Below are positions 1 to 10,649 of a stretch of 64,000 nucleotides of DNA, one piece after another. The position numbers were made by a program, and so were the translations under genes. The notes under the pieces were generated by a model. That model saw only the letters and a list, made by a program, of their open reading frames with translations, was not told the DNA's origin and searched no databases. The stretch's first letter is position 1. Every line of letters starts with the position of its first letter. The stretch is taken from positions 62,001 to 126,000 of IMG/VR virus record IMGVR_UViG_3300019458_000020. One strand, written 5' to 3'.

Positions 1-759
1 CCACACTGTTCCTGATGTGGCTGTTATATATCGGGAACCACTTTCCCCGAGTGCTAATCCAGTTTCCCAAGCAAATCTCCATGTTCGGATGAATCGTTTA
101 TTGAGCTTATTTCCCATTCCGAATGCCAAATCATCAATGGTAATATATTCAAAAGAATTATAAATAGTTCTATTTATAGTTGCAACGGTAATGATATTTG
201 TTCCTGTAATTCCTGCTCGATTATCCAGTATATCAAATCGGGGATTGCCGCTATTATAGTCCGCAACTATAAAATAGGTACTTCCTGTCATTGATGCGCT
301 TAGGGATGCACTCTGAAGGAAATAATTCTTTAGAGTTCCATTCGCTGTAGGTGTGTCAAACAACTGAGCGGAAGCAGAAGATACTAAAATGATGTTACCT
401 GTTAATTCAAGAGTTGGTTGGTTAGTTAATCCTGCATTAATCAATAATACCGGTCCAGGAATAATGTGAGAAGATGATAATGCATACGATGCCGACAACG
501 ACGTAGGTGAAAACGTAGAGTATGATGATGAAATAGATAAACTTGATGTCGTGGAGAAACTAGATGATACAGAAATTAAAGTATTACTTGAAGTACCAAA
601 AAGAGACGATGTTATAGATGTAGCATAAATATTTCTCCAATTTAGAGAAGAAGAACCAAAGTCAAAAGCATTATTAACCGTTGGTATCAAAGATCCCGAA
701 CGGTTTAATACGTTCCTTTGTAAATTATCTCTATAAGATGCTGTATTTACATTCGACAT
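1..759 (-). CDS. Ser/Thr-rich tail fibre/spike-like virion protein (runs off window start)
   Basis: Not in ORF track. ATG at 759, open to position 1: MSNVNTASYRDNLQRNVLNRSGSLIPTVNNAFDFGSSSLNWRNIYA... The FDFGSSSLNWRNIY motif parallels YDLGTSSLQWRNIF in the adjacent ORF. Confidence 0.7.
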   Translation of the reverse strand, partial: MSNVNTASYRDNLQRNVLNRSGSLIPTVNNAFDFGSSSLNWRNIYATSITSSLFGTSSNTLISVSSSFSTTSSLSISSSYSTFSPTSLSASYALSSSHIIPGPVLLINAGLTNQPTLELTGNIILVSSASAQLFDTPTANGTLKNYFLQSASLSASMTGSTYFIVADYNSGNPRFDILDNRAGITGTNIITVATINRTIYNSFEYITIDDLAFGMGNKLNKRFIRTWRFAWETGLALGESGSRYITATSGTVW

Positions 760-807
760 AGATGTTATAAAATGATATTAATATATAGGTAATTCCTAAA
801 ACATTTA

Positions 808-1737
808 TTATGCTATTGAACAAGATCCCATAATATCATATACCAATATGGCACTAGGAATATCATAATTTCCAGAAAGAATAAATTGTAAACCAAAATT
901 AGCACTTCCTGTAGCAACACCAGGGTCAAATATCTGTGATGAAATTGTCCGTCCACCAGCGTTATTATTAGTTTCATTTATAATAACGCCCGGTTGAGTA
1001 GAGGCAGTATCAAACGTTCCTTTCTGTAAAAGGAAATCAGCAACATATCCAATAGGTCCAACTCCCGGCCAAGCATTACCACAGATAGATAATTTTATAT
1101 AAGCACTTTGATTTGCTGCTAAACTAATCGTCAAAGCATTTGTATAAGATGATGTCGTTAAAGAAATTGTCTTAAATCCTCTTTGTGTATATTGATTGAA
1201 TAATACCGATGCTGTATTTGATAAATTAGAACTGCCAGCTGATGTAGCAAATAAAGCAAAACTTGAAGATAATGCATTTACTGAATGACTTGATGTTAGA
1301 GAATTAATTGCGTGACTTGCAGTTAAAGCATTTACCGCATGGCTAGAGGATAGAGACCCGATGGCATGAGACGCTGTGATTGCCCAACTTGCGGTAACTT
1401 GATAAGTTCCTGGAATAAGATAGGAAGCCGTATAAGCACTTGTTGCAAAGGATGACGATGTTGCGGTTTGGGAATGAACGGCATTACTTGCGGATTGTGC
1501 CCAACTTGAAGTAATAGCATACGTTCCTGGTATTAAATAAGATGCCGTGGCAGAAGTTGCAACACTTCCACTAATCTGTCCTGTTACAAAGACACTTTGA
1601 ACAAAAATATTTCTCCACTGCAAACTCGAAGTACCTAAATCATAAACTTGGTCTTGGGCCGGATTTAACGAACTCGAAAATCTCGACGAAGAAAGTGGTA
1701 TGTTATTTGAAAAAATTGGTCGATTTACATTTGCCAT
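808..1737 (-). CDS. Ser/Thr-rich tail fibre-like protein
   Basis: ASYLIPGTY(A/Q)(I/V)T(S/A)SWA repeats; C-terminal domain paralogous to 1752-2672 (LQKGT...TQPGVII.E.NNN). Confidence 0.65.
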   Translation of the reverse strand: MANVNRPIFSNNIPLSSSRFSSSLNPAQDQVYDLGTSSLQWRNIFVQSVFVTGQISGSVATSATASYLIPGTYAITSSWAQSASNAVHSQTATSSSFATSAYTASYLIPGTYQVTASWAITASHAIGSLSSSHAVNALTASHAINSLTSSHSVNALSSSFALFATSAGSSNLSNTASVLFNQYTQRGFKTISLTTSSYTNALTISLAANQSAYIKLSICGNAWPGVGPIGYVADFLLQKGTFDTASTQPGVIINETNNNAGGRTISSQIFDPGVATGSANFGLQFILSGNYDIPSAILVYDIMGSCSIA

Positions 1738-1751
1738 ATTTAACCTTTATT

Positions 1752-2672
1752 TTATAAAATTGAATTAATTTCCCCTCTTATCTCATACGCTATTATAGCA
1801 TTATTGAAATTAAAATTACCCTCTACAATGTATTGAATAATAATATCCGCTGCACCAGCTACAGGTCCAGGGTCAACAATCTGTGATAAAATTCTTCTTG
1901 CACCTTTATTATTGTTATCTTCTCTAATAATTACGCCGGGTTGAGTTTCGGTATCTGTCAACGTTCCTTTCTGAAGGAAATATTCCGATACATAACCAAC
2001 GGGAGCAGAACCACTCCAAGGCCCATGAATACTTGTTTTTACATAAACGCTTTGAGTATCATTCAAGGAAATAACCAAACCATCAACATAAGATGAAGAT
2101 AAAATATTTATTCTTTTGTGGCCAAATCTTATATGAGGACTTGATAATTTATCAACAAATACTTCCGATCCCGTAACATAAGATGCTGTAGATGCATTCC
2201 TAGAAGTTAAAGCATACGATGCAGAAATCGATGATGAGGCCCATGATGATGATACAGATGTAAAAGAAAAGAGTGACGACGATGCCCAAGAAGCCGATAT
2301 GGCCGTATTGGACTGTGTTACTATCAATAATGATGCCGTCGATGTAAACGAAGCGGTTATTGCAAATAAAGCCCAACTGGACGTTATGGGGTATGTAGAG
2401 CCTGTGATGAGACTTGTTCCACCAGCAGCATTTAAAGCGAACGAAGCCGTCTGGGCAAATGAAGTTGATAATGATTGAGATGCCCAACTTGCAGAAAGAC
2501 AGTTTATACCAGTAAAAAAAGAAGAAGTCTTATCCGCAGTGACACGTCCGTTTGTATCTGTATAGAAAATTAGATTGGAACCGGATATATGAACCTCTTC
2601 ATAGAAGTTATTTCCGGGCCCACCACGTTGTATAAAAACAACATCCCTACTATTTGGCGTACCAACCGGCAT
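1752..2672 (-). CDS. Ser/Thr-rich tail fibre-like protein
   Basis: SASWAS repeats; C-terminal domain shared with 808-1737; stalk modules shared with 16440-17348. Confidence 0.65.
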   Translation of the reverse strand: MPVGTPNSRDVVFIQRGGPGNNFYEEVHISGSNLIFYTDTNGRVTADKTSSFFTGINCLSASWASQSLSTSFAQTASFALNAAGGTSLITGSTYPITSSWALFAITASFTSTASLLIVTQSNTAISASWASSSLFSFTSVSSSWASSSISASYALTSRNASTASYVTGSEVFVDKLSSPHIRFGHKRINILSSSYVDGLVISLNDTQSVYVKTSIHGPWSGSAPVGYVSEYFLQKGTLTDTETQPGVIIREDNNNKGARRILSQIVDPGPVAGAADIIIQYIVEGNFNFNNAIIAYEIRGEINSIL

Positions 2673-2742
2673 GAGTTAATTGATTTATATCATCGAATAT
2701 AAATATGACCCACAACGGAGTTTACCAATCAATTGTATTATA

Positions 2743-2922
2743 TTATCCTTGACTAGAACGGTCTGGTGGAGTATTATTTCTGGTATTCAATTCCGAATAA
2801 ATCAAATTTAATTGATTATTAAAATTTACTAACTGTTGTTGGTGGAATGTAATTTGTTGAATAATATCAAAACCAATGACTTTTAAATTGTCTGTGGACA
2901 TGTTTTTTAAATCATTATTCAT
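2743..2922 (-). CDS. small (59 aa) helical hypothetical protein, possible fibre chaperone
   Basis: Read manually: MNNDLKNMSTDNLKVIGFDIIQQITFHQQQLVNFNNQLNLIYSELNTR...; fills an intergenic gap on the same strand as its neighbours. Confidence 0.5.
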   Translation of the reverse strand: MNNDLKNMSTDNLKVIGFDIIQQITFHQQQLVNFNNQLNLIYSELNTRNNTPPDRSSQG

Positions 2923-2956
2923 ATTCTTTATATATCATTATTAATGAAATTAGGAT

Positions 2957-3901
2957 TTATTTTAAATCAGAATTTGGGTCAACAACAATCGGTGGTGGAG
3001 GAATTTCTTCCGACTTTGGAAGATTTGGATAATTCTGATTTCTAATTTTTTCTGAATTGTTTTCTATATTAGAAAAATCAAATTCACTGCCAACTACTTC
3101 AGTCCCCATAACAATTTTCTTTGGTGACAACATTTTTTCTGTTGTCATCTTTTCATTTTGCATAGTAGTATATGCATCAGGTAACAAGTAGCCATTAACA
3201 ACTAAATTAAATTCTGTTTTTACAACTCTATCTCCATCGACCGGTAATTCAATTGTATGAGCAAAGGAATCAATTTTGGTCCTGAATCTAAAACCTTTTT
3301 CTTCTCCCCAATAATCCTCAGTTTCAAAATTAATTTTTTCAACAATAGAATTCATCTGTTCGACATATTCCGTCCATATAATGAATTGATATGTGAATAC
3401 CATGTGGTCAGGCATAACCACATTGTATATTTCATTAATTGGAACGTTTTTACCCATCAAAACATTGAAAGGGGTGTATCTATTTTTGGTTGAATATTTT
3501 TTCAACACGGAATATCTAAGATAACGATTAAACGTTATTCTTGTATTGTCTTTTTCAGAACCAGTTCGTTTAAAAACGATACCAGGCAATATCAATTTAC
3601 CATTATAATCACGAAGAACGCCGTCTTTTTGGATGGATTTCCATTTTTCAGGACTGGCATAGTGAACAGGAACTTTTATCTTATTTCCATCATCAACAAC
3701 TTGAATATCGAATTTCTCTAATTGTTTGAGAACTGTTGTATCTATATCAATTAATTTTACTGTAAAATCTTTTTGTGTATCGGTATCTCGTCTGATTTGT
3801 TCTTCACGTTTTATGGACGTAAGCTCAGACCCTCTATTATCTCCTTCGTGTTTAGGAGAGTAATTCGGTGCAGGGTTTTCTGGATTTCCTTTCCAAGCCA
3901 T
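2957..3901 (-). CDS. tail terminator / sheath stabiliser (T4 gp15-like)
   Basis: KVPVHYASPEKW, LILPGI, EQMNSIVEKI motifs; lies downstream of gp13/gp14-like neck genes. Confidence 0.65.
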   Translation of the reverse strand: MAWKGNPENPAPNYSPKHEGDNRGSELTSIKREEQIRRDTDTQKDFTVKLIDIDTTVLKQLEKFDIQVVDDGNKIKVPVHYASPEKWKSIQKDGVLRDYNGKLILPGIVFKRTGSEKDNTRITFNRYLRYSVLKKYSTKNRYTPFNVLMGKNVPINEIYNVVMPDHMVFTYQFIIWTEYVEQMNSIVEKINFETEDYWGEEKGFRFRTKIDSFAHTIELPVDGDRVVKTEFNLVVNGYLLPDAYTTMQNEKMTTEKMLSPKKIVMGTEVVGSEFDFSNIENNSEKIRNQNYPNLPKSEEIPPPPIVVDPNSDLK

Positions 3902-3906
3902 AAAAA

Positions 3907-4263
3907 TTAAACCTCTTCGCCACGTTCAATTGGAATTCCACCAAAATGATGAACCAATTCATCATACAACATTTCGGCCAATCCACCTTCACCCTCTACA
4001 CTATTACGCATTGGACCGGGACTATAAGGAGACGTGCTTAAAACAGAATAAAGATTAGATGCTTGGCCGGCATGATGATCGTGAGCATACCAATACATAG
4101 CAACTTCAACGTCATCCTTAAATCCATCTTCGTGAGCATGAGGAAGAGAAGATAAATAACCAATCATCTCTTCTCTATCAGGGTCTTGACTTTTACTTTC
4201 GGCCAATACTTCCTTAATACATTCTTTTATTATCTTCTTAAATTCAACTTTACTTATTTTCAT
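3907..4263 (-). CDS. hypothetical protein with IKECIKEVLAE leader (putative internal head protein)
   Basis: N-terminus MKISKVEFKKIIKECIKEVLAE, similar to the N-termini of the ORFs starting at 4567 and 43473. Confidence 0.6.
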   Translation of the reverse strand: MKISKVEFKKIIKECIKEVLAESKSQDPDREEMIGYLSSLPHAHEDGFKDDVEVAMYWYAHDHHAGQASNLYSVLSTSPYSPGPMRNSVEGEGGLAEMLYDELVHHFGGIPIERGEEV

Positions 4264-4264
4264 A

Positions 4265-4567
4265 TTATGCTGTTTCCTTTACCCTATCAAACGATTTAAT
4301 AGCCGATTCTAAATTCTTTTTTATCTCTCCATATCTATGAGTGGCACACCAATACCATATTTTACCATTTATTACTGCTTTTTGAACTGCGGGAGATGGT
4401 TCTCCCTTCGGCCCGTGATGCCAAACAGCTCCAGCGTTCATTACCTGTTTTCTTTCTTCGTCGGTTAATGGAACTTTATTCTTTTTTAATGTTTTAAAAG
4501 TAGGAGACTCAATCAATACTTCCCTTATACATTCTTTAATCAAGAGTTGTAATTCTACACCATTCAT
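4265..4567 (-). CDS. hypothetical protein with LIKECIREVLIE leader (putative internal head protein)
   Basis: Likely start ATG 4567 (MNGVELQLLIKECIREVLIE), overlapping the upstream stop codon. Confidence 0.6.
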   Translation of the reverse strand: MNGVELQLLIKECIREVLIESPTFKTLKKNKVPLTDEERKQVMNAGAVWHHGPKGEPSPAVQKAVINGKIWYWCATHRYGEIKKNLESAIKSFDRVKETA

Positions 4568-5298
4568 ATTATTTTTCCTAAACATTTCCATCCCATATAT
4601 GATTTCCTTACACCATTACATATAAGTGGTATTTTACTTTGTTTTAATCCATACTTTCTTATAAGTTCACACTGGCCTAATATTTCTTCCCCATATTCAT
4701 CATGAAAAAACCTATATCTTCCAGAAAACATTTTGTTTTTTTCTCCTCGATTTAAACCAATATGAGAAATTGATAAATTTTTTCGATGTTCTTCGGTTCT
4801 TACAGGTTTTGGTATTCCCTTTTTGGATTCACTTAATTTTCTTTTTGTTTCATTTGTATGTTTTTTTCCATACATAGGATTTCCGGAACCACATCTTAAT
4901 TTACTTAAATACGGACCAAACCAATCCGGCATTTTAGTGTTTTTGTGTGACTCTTTCATCCGTTTTTTGGTTTCTTCTGTATGTTTTCTACCAACGTTTA
5001 TTATACCCAACGGTCTATCTATCGGTGCAATATTATATTCAGCACCCAATTTATTTTTATAAAAAATTTCTCGTTCAATTAAAATGACTCTTGTAGGAAT
5101 TTGAATGTCCTCTACAATCTCAAAAATAAAATTAGATTCTCCATATTTATTCCACGCACGTTGTAAATATTTATTTTTATGAATATTTCTTCTTAACGTA
5201 CTTTTGTGACAATTCCATCTTCTATTAAATTTTGACACGGTAGAACCCACATATATCTTATTATTTATAATATTTGTGATTTTATATATGCCACCCAT
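4564..5298 (-). mobile_element. GIY-YIG homing endonuclease with NUMOD3 repeats
   Basis: GIYKITNIINNKIYVGS; HKNKYLQRAWNKYG; GNPMYGKKHTNETK. Confidence 0.9.
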
Positions 5299-5299
5299 A

Positions 5300-5773
5300 T
5301 TACTTTTGTCTTTCTACTAATGAAATTTTTGACAATCTTGTATAGTGAGTATTAACTATTATCGAATGGCTCTTTGAATCTATGCCTCCCAAAAATTGTT
5401 CCTGAACAACATTGTCAATTTCATGATAACGTTCATTAAATAGAATCAAATCACCAACCTCAGGGTAAACATTGACTAGCTGCAACATCTTCTCACGCAT
5501 CTTGAATACGACATTCTGTGCTCGGTCAGGACCGAAATCATCATAATCCGTTGCGATTTCTGCACGATCTATTAAAGCAGTTATTTCAACCCCAGGCCAA
5601 TATACCTTACCGGTATTTGGTGAAGACTCACCATATACATTCACCTGTGTTTGTTGAGCACACAATTTATGTATCAATACTTCAGTCTGTATGATATCAC
5701 CCATAAGTTCTCCGTTAAAAGAATTTATTAAATTAACATCTCTATTACTAAAAAATCTTCCTGGCAATCCCAT
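5300..5773 (-). CDS. head completion / neck protein (T4 gp14-like)
   Basis: VNVYGES, YPEVGDLILFNERYHEIDNV motifs; near gp13-like gene. Confidence 0.65.
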   Translation of the reverse strand: MGLPGRFFSNRDVNLINSFNGELMGDIIQTEVLIHKLCAQQTQVNVYGESSPNTGKVYWPGVEITALIDRAEIATDYDDFGPDRAQNVVFKMREKMLQLVNVYPEVGDLILFNERYHEIDNVVQEQFLGGIDSKSHSIIVNTHYTRLSKISLVERQK

Positions 5774-5803
5774 ATTATTTAATGATTTTTAAAAGTTCTT
5801 TTA

Positions 5804-6283
5804 TTAACGCAATACCTTAGATTTTATAAGCACCGTCAAAGCTTCTTTACAAGCTTTATCAAACATTTCCCTACTTGGAGCCTCTGCTCTAAAATTTGTT
5901 TTCAACAAATCGTATGCCCTACCAATGTCTCCACCCACAAAATCATATTCTTCTTCTACATTTTGAACCATACTGTTTACCCAAAGTTTCCAATTTTCAT
6001 CCGATTCCTTTATGTGAGAAGGTTTCAACCAATCAGCTACCTTACTCCAGTCTGGTTCAGGATATTTAATAGCTCCACCACAATCAGAATGATGGGTGGT
6101 ATGTTCTCCTAAAAAATCGCCTTCTATATATGTATGTTTTTCATATATTTCTTTATTACAATGTGGGCATTCATGATATTTAATTTTTCTTTCACGAACA
6201 ATCACATCCTTCAGTTCCATATATGAAGGATTCATTTCACTTACCGATTCGACAATCAAATCTTTTAATTTGTAAATCTTCAT
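5804..6283 (-). CDS. hypothetical Zn-ribbon protein with KLKDLIVE leader
   Basis: MKIYKLKDLIVE; CPHC...HSDC. Confidence 0.55.
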   Translation of the reverse strand: MKIYKLKDLIVESVSEMNPSYMELKDVIVRERKIKYHECPHCNKEIYEKHTYIEGDFLGEHTTHHSDCGGAIKYPEPDWSKVADWLKPSHIKESDENWKLWVNSMVQNVEEEYDFVGGDIGRAYDLLKTNFRAEAPSREMFDKACKEALTVLIKSKVLR

Positions 6284-6286
6284 AAA

Positions 6287-7456
6287 TTATCCGATGTAAA
6301 TTGCCATAGGGACACGCTTTAAAGTATCTTGTAAATATTCTGCTTCTCTCGCACGATCTTCTATTTGTTGCTTCTTACCAACGGCTTCCAATGTTTCTCT
6401 TAGTTCAGTAATATACTTTTCTTTTTCCTGTTGAGCTTCATTTCTTAATTCAGCACCATCAAGAGTTACCTCACCGCCAGGAATAGGAATCGTTTGATAC
6501 TTTTGACGAATTGCACCGAGAAGTTCCTTACACAAGGCAAGAAAATATTTTCGAATCCATTGTTTACCCACATCATTAATAGTTCCGTAAGTAATGTTAT
6601 TGTAAGGAATGTTAGAATAATCAGATACATATTGACCGGCCGAACCAGATTGAAATGAACCACTATACCTTTCGTTCTTAACCATGTAATCAAAATAAAC
6701 TCTAAAACCGTCTTGTGGTATTGGAAATATTTTTAGTTTATTATTGACTATTTCAAATGAATAGGCAGACTTACGAACCATATCATTGAATTCGATTGCT
6801 TGACCTCGAAGCAAATCTTCAAAGATTGGAGTCATAAGAAATTGAACTGCTGGGGAATACGCACCGAATCCTAGTTCGTTAAGAACGTTAGAATAACTCA
6901 TACCCGTCATAGAAAACGGGTCATAAATTCTGGCAAAAGCCGGAGTTCTTTCATTAAACACCCTCATGATTTCAATTCGATTGAAACTTTCTGATATATT
7001 TCCCCACAAAGATTGAAGGTCGTAGGTTTGTTGATATGGGACGGTTGTAATGTAACCCCTTTTCCAGTCGGTATTTCCACCTACACCGACTTCGGTTCCG
7101 TATGCCTTCGCTAAATCAACAATGACCGACATTGGTGTTCCTGTTACATTCTGTCCTGAAAGATTTCCAATTTGTTGAATGTTTTGTCCTTGAAATACTT
7201 GAATGTAATTTCTTATATTAAACTGATTTATTTGGGCACCGTATTCATTAACAGCTTCTTCAAAACATGCATAGAAGTTTCTGTCAATCATTTCAATATC
7301 CACGATAGGATGACCCAATCTCAGTGCTGCCCACACCGCAGCACCCATCGCATCCGACTGAAATTCTATGTCGTTATCATAAAAGCCGAATGGGGTGCTG
7401 CCGCTCACGGCAGAACCAGACCCGGGCCACCGTACACGGTCTTGGTCGATTAACAC
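6287..7456 (-). CDS. neck protein (T4 gp13-like)
   Basis: WPGSGS..TPFGFYD, LRLGHPIVDIEM, QWIRKYFLALCKELLG..RQKY..IPIPGGEVTLDG; GTG start preceded by AAGGAGG at 7461-7467. Confidence 0.8.
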   Translation of the reverse strand: MLIDQDRVRWPGSGSAVSGSTPFGFYDNDIEFQSDAMGAAVWAALRLGHPIVDIEMIDRNFYACFEEAVNEYGAQINQFNIRNYIQVFQGQNIQQIGNLSGQNVTGTPMSVIVDLAKAYGTEVGVGGNTDWKRGYITTVPYQQTYDLQSLWGNISESFNRIEIMRVFNERTPAFARIYDPFSMTGMSYSNVLNELGFGAYSPAVQFLMTPIFEDLLRGQAIEFNDMVRKSAYSFEIVNNKLKIFPIPQDGFRVYFDYMVKNERYSGSFQSGSAGQYVSDYSNIPYNNITYGTINDVGKQWIRKYFLALCKELLGAIRQKYQTIPIPGGEVTLDGAELRNEAQQEKEKYITELRETLEAVGKKQQIEDRAREAEYLQDTLKRVPMAIYIG

Positions 7457-8412
7457 GTAACCTCCTTATTATTAGATATATACATAAATTTTTTAATAGG
7501 GAAAGTTTTTAATTTTTTCTTATTCCAGTCTTCCCAATCACGTTCCCACATATAATAAATATGATATCCTAACTGATTAAGTTTATTAAACTTTTCGATT
7601 GTTTTGTTATATAATTCACCAAAAGTCTTTTTACATTTTTTATTAAAATCTTTTGGGTGGTATATTTTGGGATTGCCGTGATAGTAATCACCTAAAAATT
7701 CAAAAATCTTACCCCTCTTTATACCATCAACCTTAAATTTTAGTATTATTTTTTGTCTATTACATGAAGAATCGGGTATTCCTAAAATATCTAAAAATTT
7801 CATTTCTGGTTTGGATATTTGATGACAACAGATTGGACATCCTTTTCCTGATAAATGACCATATACTCTTTGTTTAAAACTACCGTGTAACGGACAAACA
7901 ATTTCTATTTTACTTCTATTATTGATATACATCGACTTAGAATAGTTATATTTTTCTCCATGAACAGACTTGGCAGAAATAATAAACTTATTCAAATTTT
8001 GTTTTAATGTTCCCCCACATTCTGGACACCCACATCCGTTTAAATGGTCGTTTGGAGACTGTAGAAATTCACCGTGTAATTTACAAATAATCGTAACCTT
8101 ATCTCTATTGCGTTTTCCATATTCTACTAAAGAATAATCATATTTGTCTCCATGAAACAATCTAGCCTTTTTTACAAAAGACTCCGTTGTATCACGAAAT
8201 ATTTCCGATAACTTTATATTCCTACAATTGGAACATCCCGACTTTTTAGAACAATGGTTATCCGGAGTCACTAAAAATAAACCATGTTCTTTACATATTA
8301 CTTCAATTTTTGATTTTGCATTTATATAAACCACTTGAGAATAATCATATTTTTCTCTATGAATGTGTTTAGCTCTTTTTATAAAATCGTCTGTAGATAT
8401 CTTCGGTTTCAT
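7450..8412 (-). mobile_element. free-standing homing endonuclease: three Zn-binding repeats plus a C-terminal PD-(D/E)xK/Vsr-like nuclease
   Basis: Three KYDYS...IC..HG.F......H..G.GC..C repeats; FKVDG, FEFLGDYYHG, MWERDW. Confidence 0.8.
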
Positions 8413-8468
8413 CCACAAATAAGTAGTTTATCCCAATCAGTCATAATATTTATTTTTATACTTAAAAT

Positions 8469-10649
8469 ATGCGCTACGAGCTTTCCCAATTAAATGATTT
8501 AGACGACGAGGTAAGAGAAAAGTTGTCGGCTCTTAGTTTAGATACAGGAATGATGAATTCTATAGCGTCGGAACCAACCATTGAACATCGACCAGTTAGT
8601 GTGGCATATACCGAAGCCGGAGAACCTATAGGATGGGCGACGATATTAGAAACTGGACTCAAAACAATTGGTGCAGAAAGAAGAAAATCAGCATATATCG
8701 GAGTTTACGTTCATCAAGATTATCGAAGATTAGGTGTAGGAACAAAATTGGTCAAAGAATTATTTAAATTATTAAAACGAGAATATGAATATATAGTTGT
8801 TTCTCCACATGACGAAAAAAGCCATCACTTCTTTAAAAATCACGACATCGACAGTTGGGAAGACCGCTCAAAATATTTTGATACAGGAAATTACAAACAA
8901 GGATTAATTAAATTAAAAGAAATTATCTATGAATCCAAAGAAAGCTTCTTTGTTTTAGGTAGAGTTTCGGAGGATGGTGAGGTTGACAAATACGAATTTC
9001 GTGACACAATTACAGACGTACACCCGAGTTCTTGGCGTTCCTCTCATTATAAACTGTGGAGATACTGGAATGTCACTAAAATAGTGTATTGGTGGGAATC
9101 TCCAACCGATGTAGAGAAAGAGGGTGTAGAGTATTTCTTGGGTAGAAAAGGGTACGATATTCAAGGAAATAAATACATGATTCACATGACGCCGGATTTT
9201 AACAAATTATCAGGACATAAGGTTATGGAAACTAAATTGAATGAAGGAAAAAAAGAGAAAGCAGCAGAAGATTTCATTAGGAATATTATTAAAGGAACCG
9301 AATGGGAAGGAAAAGTCTTTATTGCTGGTGGATATGTCCGTGATGAATTTATGGGTAAAGATCCAAAGGATTTAGACCTTCTCGTAAATGCACCTAACGG
9401 CGGAATTGAATTTGCAAATTGGATAACCAAGAAAATTGGTGCCCATTCTGACGGCAATCCGGTTACATTCCCCCGATTCGGAACAGCCAAATTCAATCTC
9501 CGTGGAGTAATCCACGATGGTATTGATTTGAGTGGAATGGATATCGAAGCTGTAATGCCAAGAAAAGAACAATATACCGCTGGAAGTAGAAAACCTGATG
9601 TCACCGGTGGAGATTTAAAAGATGATGTTGAAAGACGAGATTTTACTGTTAATTCGCTATTAAAGGATTTAAGTAGTGGAGAAATTTTGGATTTAACTGG
9701 AATGGGTAAAGATGATATTCGTAAGGGAATTGTTAGAACTCCATTAAATCCAGATAAAATTTTTACTGATGATCCTCTTCGAATGTTAAGAGCTGTACGG
9801 TTTGCAATGAAATATAAATGGAAACTTCCGATGTTTATGTTACGTGGATTGAAGAAAAACGCGGAACAACTTAAAAACATTTCTCAAGAAAGAATCAGAG
9901 ATGAATTGGATAAAATGTTAATGACATCGAATCCACATGGAGCCATCAAATTGATGAAAGTAGTAGGATTACTAAAATACGTTATTCCAGAACTACAAGC
10001 TGCAATCAAAATGACTCAGAACGTTCATCATAAAGATGACGTATTCGACCATATTCTTGATGTTCTATCGAAATCGAATCCCGTATTGGTTCAACGATTA
10101 ATGGCCTTATTTCACGATATTGGAAAGACGGTTACAAAGAGTGTAACACCAACAGGTGTTCATTTTTATGGTCATGAGATGGCCGGTGCAGATATGGTTG
10201 AAACCATCATGACACGATTAAAATATCCTAGAGAATTAATTGATGCAGTAAAACTTGGTGTAAGAAACCACATGAGATTAAAATCAGCTGGTGATACAGG
10301 TGTTAATATTTCCGACAAAGCACTTAGAAAGTTTAAGACAGAAATCGGTGACGAACTTGAAAACGTATTAAGTGTTATTCATGCAGATAATATTGCACAC
10401 GCCGATGCATCATCAATGCCTAATCAGATTAATAATCTAAAAAAGAGATTAGATAATCTAAACATGAATGTTTCTGCTCAAGGAAAACCAAAACTTCCTA
10501 TTAGTGGAAAAGACTTACAAGATATAGGTCTAAAACCAGGACCAATATATAGTGAAATTATGAAGGCAGTCACGGAATCTTGGTTCGAAAATCCAAATAT
10601 AACTAAAGAACAAGCTATTCAAATTGCTAAGTCGATGGCAGGAATATGA
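8469..10649 (+). CDS. cca: GNAT + unknown domain + CCA-adding tRNA nucleotidyltransferase with HD domain (fusion or polyprotein)
   Basis: GNAT motif A VHQDYRRLGVGTKL; class II NTase motifs IAGGYVRD, KDLD, ERRDFTVN, DDPLRMLRAVRF, SQERIRDEL; HD domain DVFDH...LFHDIGK. Confidence 0.85.
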   Translation: MRYELSQLNDLDDEVREKLSALSLDTGMMNSIASEPTIEHRPVSVAYTEAGEPIGWATILETGLKTIGAERRKSAYIGVYVHQDYRRLGVGTKLVKELFKLLKREYEYIVVSPHDEKSHHFFKNHDIDSWEDRSKYFDTGNYKQGLIKLKEIIYESKESFFVLGRVSEDGEVDKYEFRDTITDVHPSSWRSSHYKLWRYWNVTKIVYWWESPTDVEKEGVEYFLGRKGYDIQGNKYMIHMTPDFNKLSGHKVMETKLNEGKKEKAAEDFIRNIIKGTEWEGKVFIAGGYVRDEFMGKDPKDLDLLVNAPNGGIEFANWITKKIGAHSDGNPVTFPRFGTAKFNLRGVIHDGIDLSGMDIEAVMPRKEQYTAGSRKPDVTGGDLKDDVERRDFTVNSLLKDLSSGEILDLTGMGKDDIRKGIVRTPLNPDKIFTDDPLRMLRAVRFAMKYKWKLPMFMLRGLKKNAEQLKNISQERIRDELDKMLMTSNPHGAIKLMKVVGLLKYVIPELQAAIKMTQNVHHKDDVFDHILDVLSKSNPVLVQRLMALFHDIGKTVTKSVTPTGVHFYGHEMAGADMVETIMTRLKYPRELIDAVKLGVRNHMRLKSAGDTGVNISDKALRKFKTEIGDELENVLSVIHADNIAHADASSMPNQINNLKKRLDNLNMNVSAQGKPKLPISGKDLQDIGLKPGPIYSEIMKAVTESWFENPNITKEQAIQIAKSMAGI

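Noticed and set aside
4564-8418. Group I introns around the homing endonucleases
   Set aside because: Flanking genes look complete and abut the HEG ORFs directly, leaving no room for intron core sequence.
9182-9880. 232-aa antisense ORF within the CCA gene
   Set aside because: Mirror-frame ORF with no recognisable motif; the sense gene is strongly supported.
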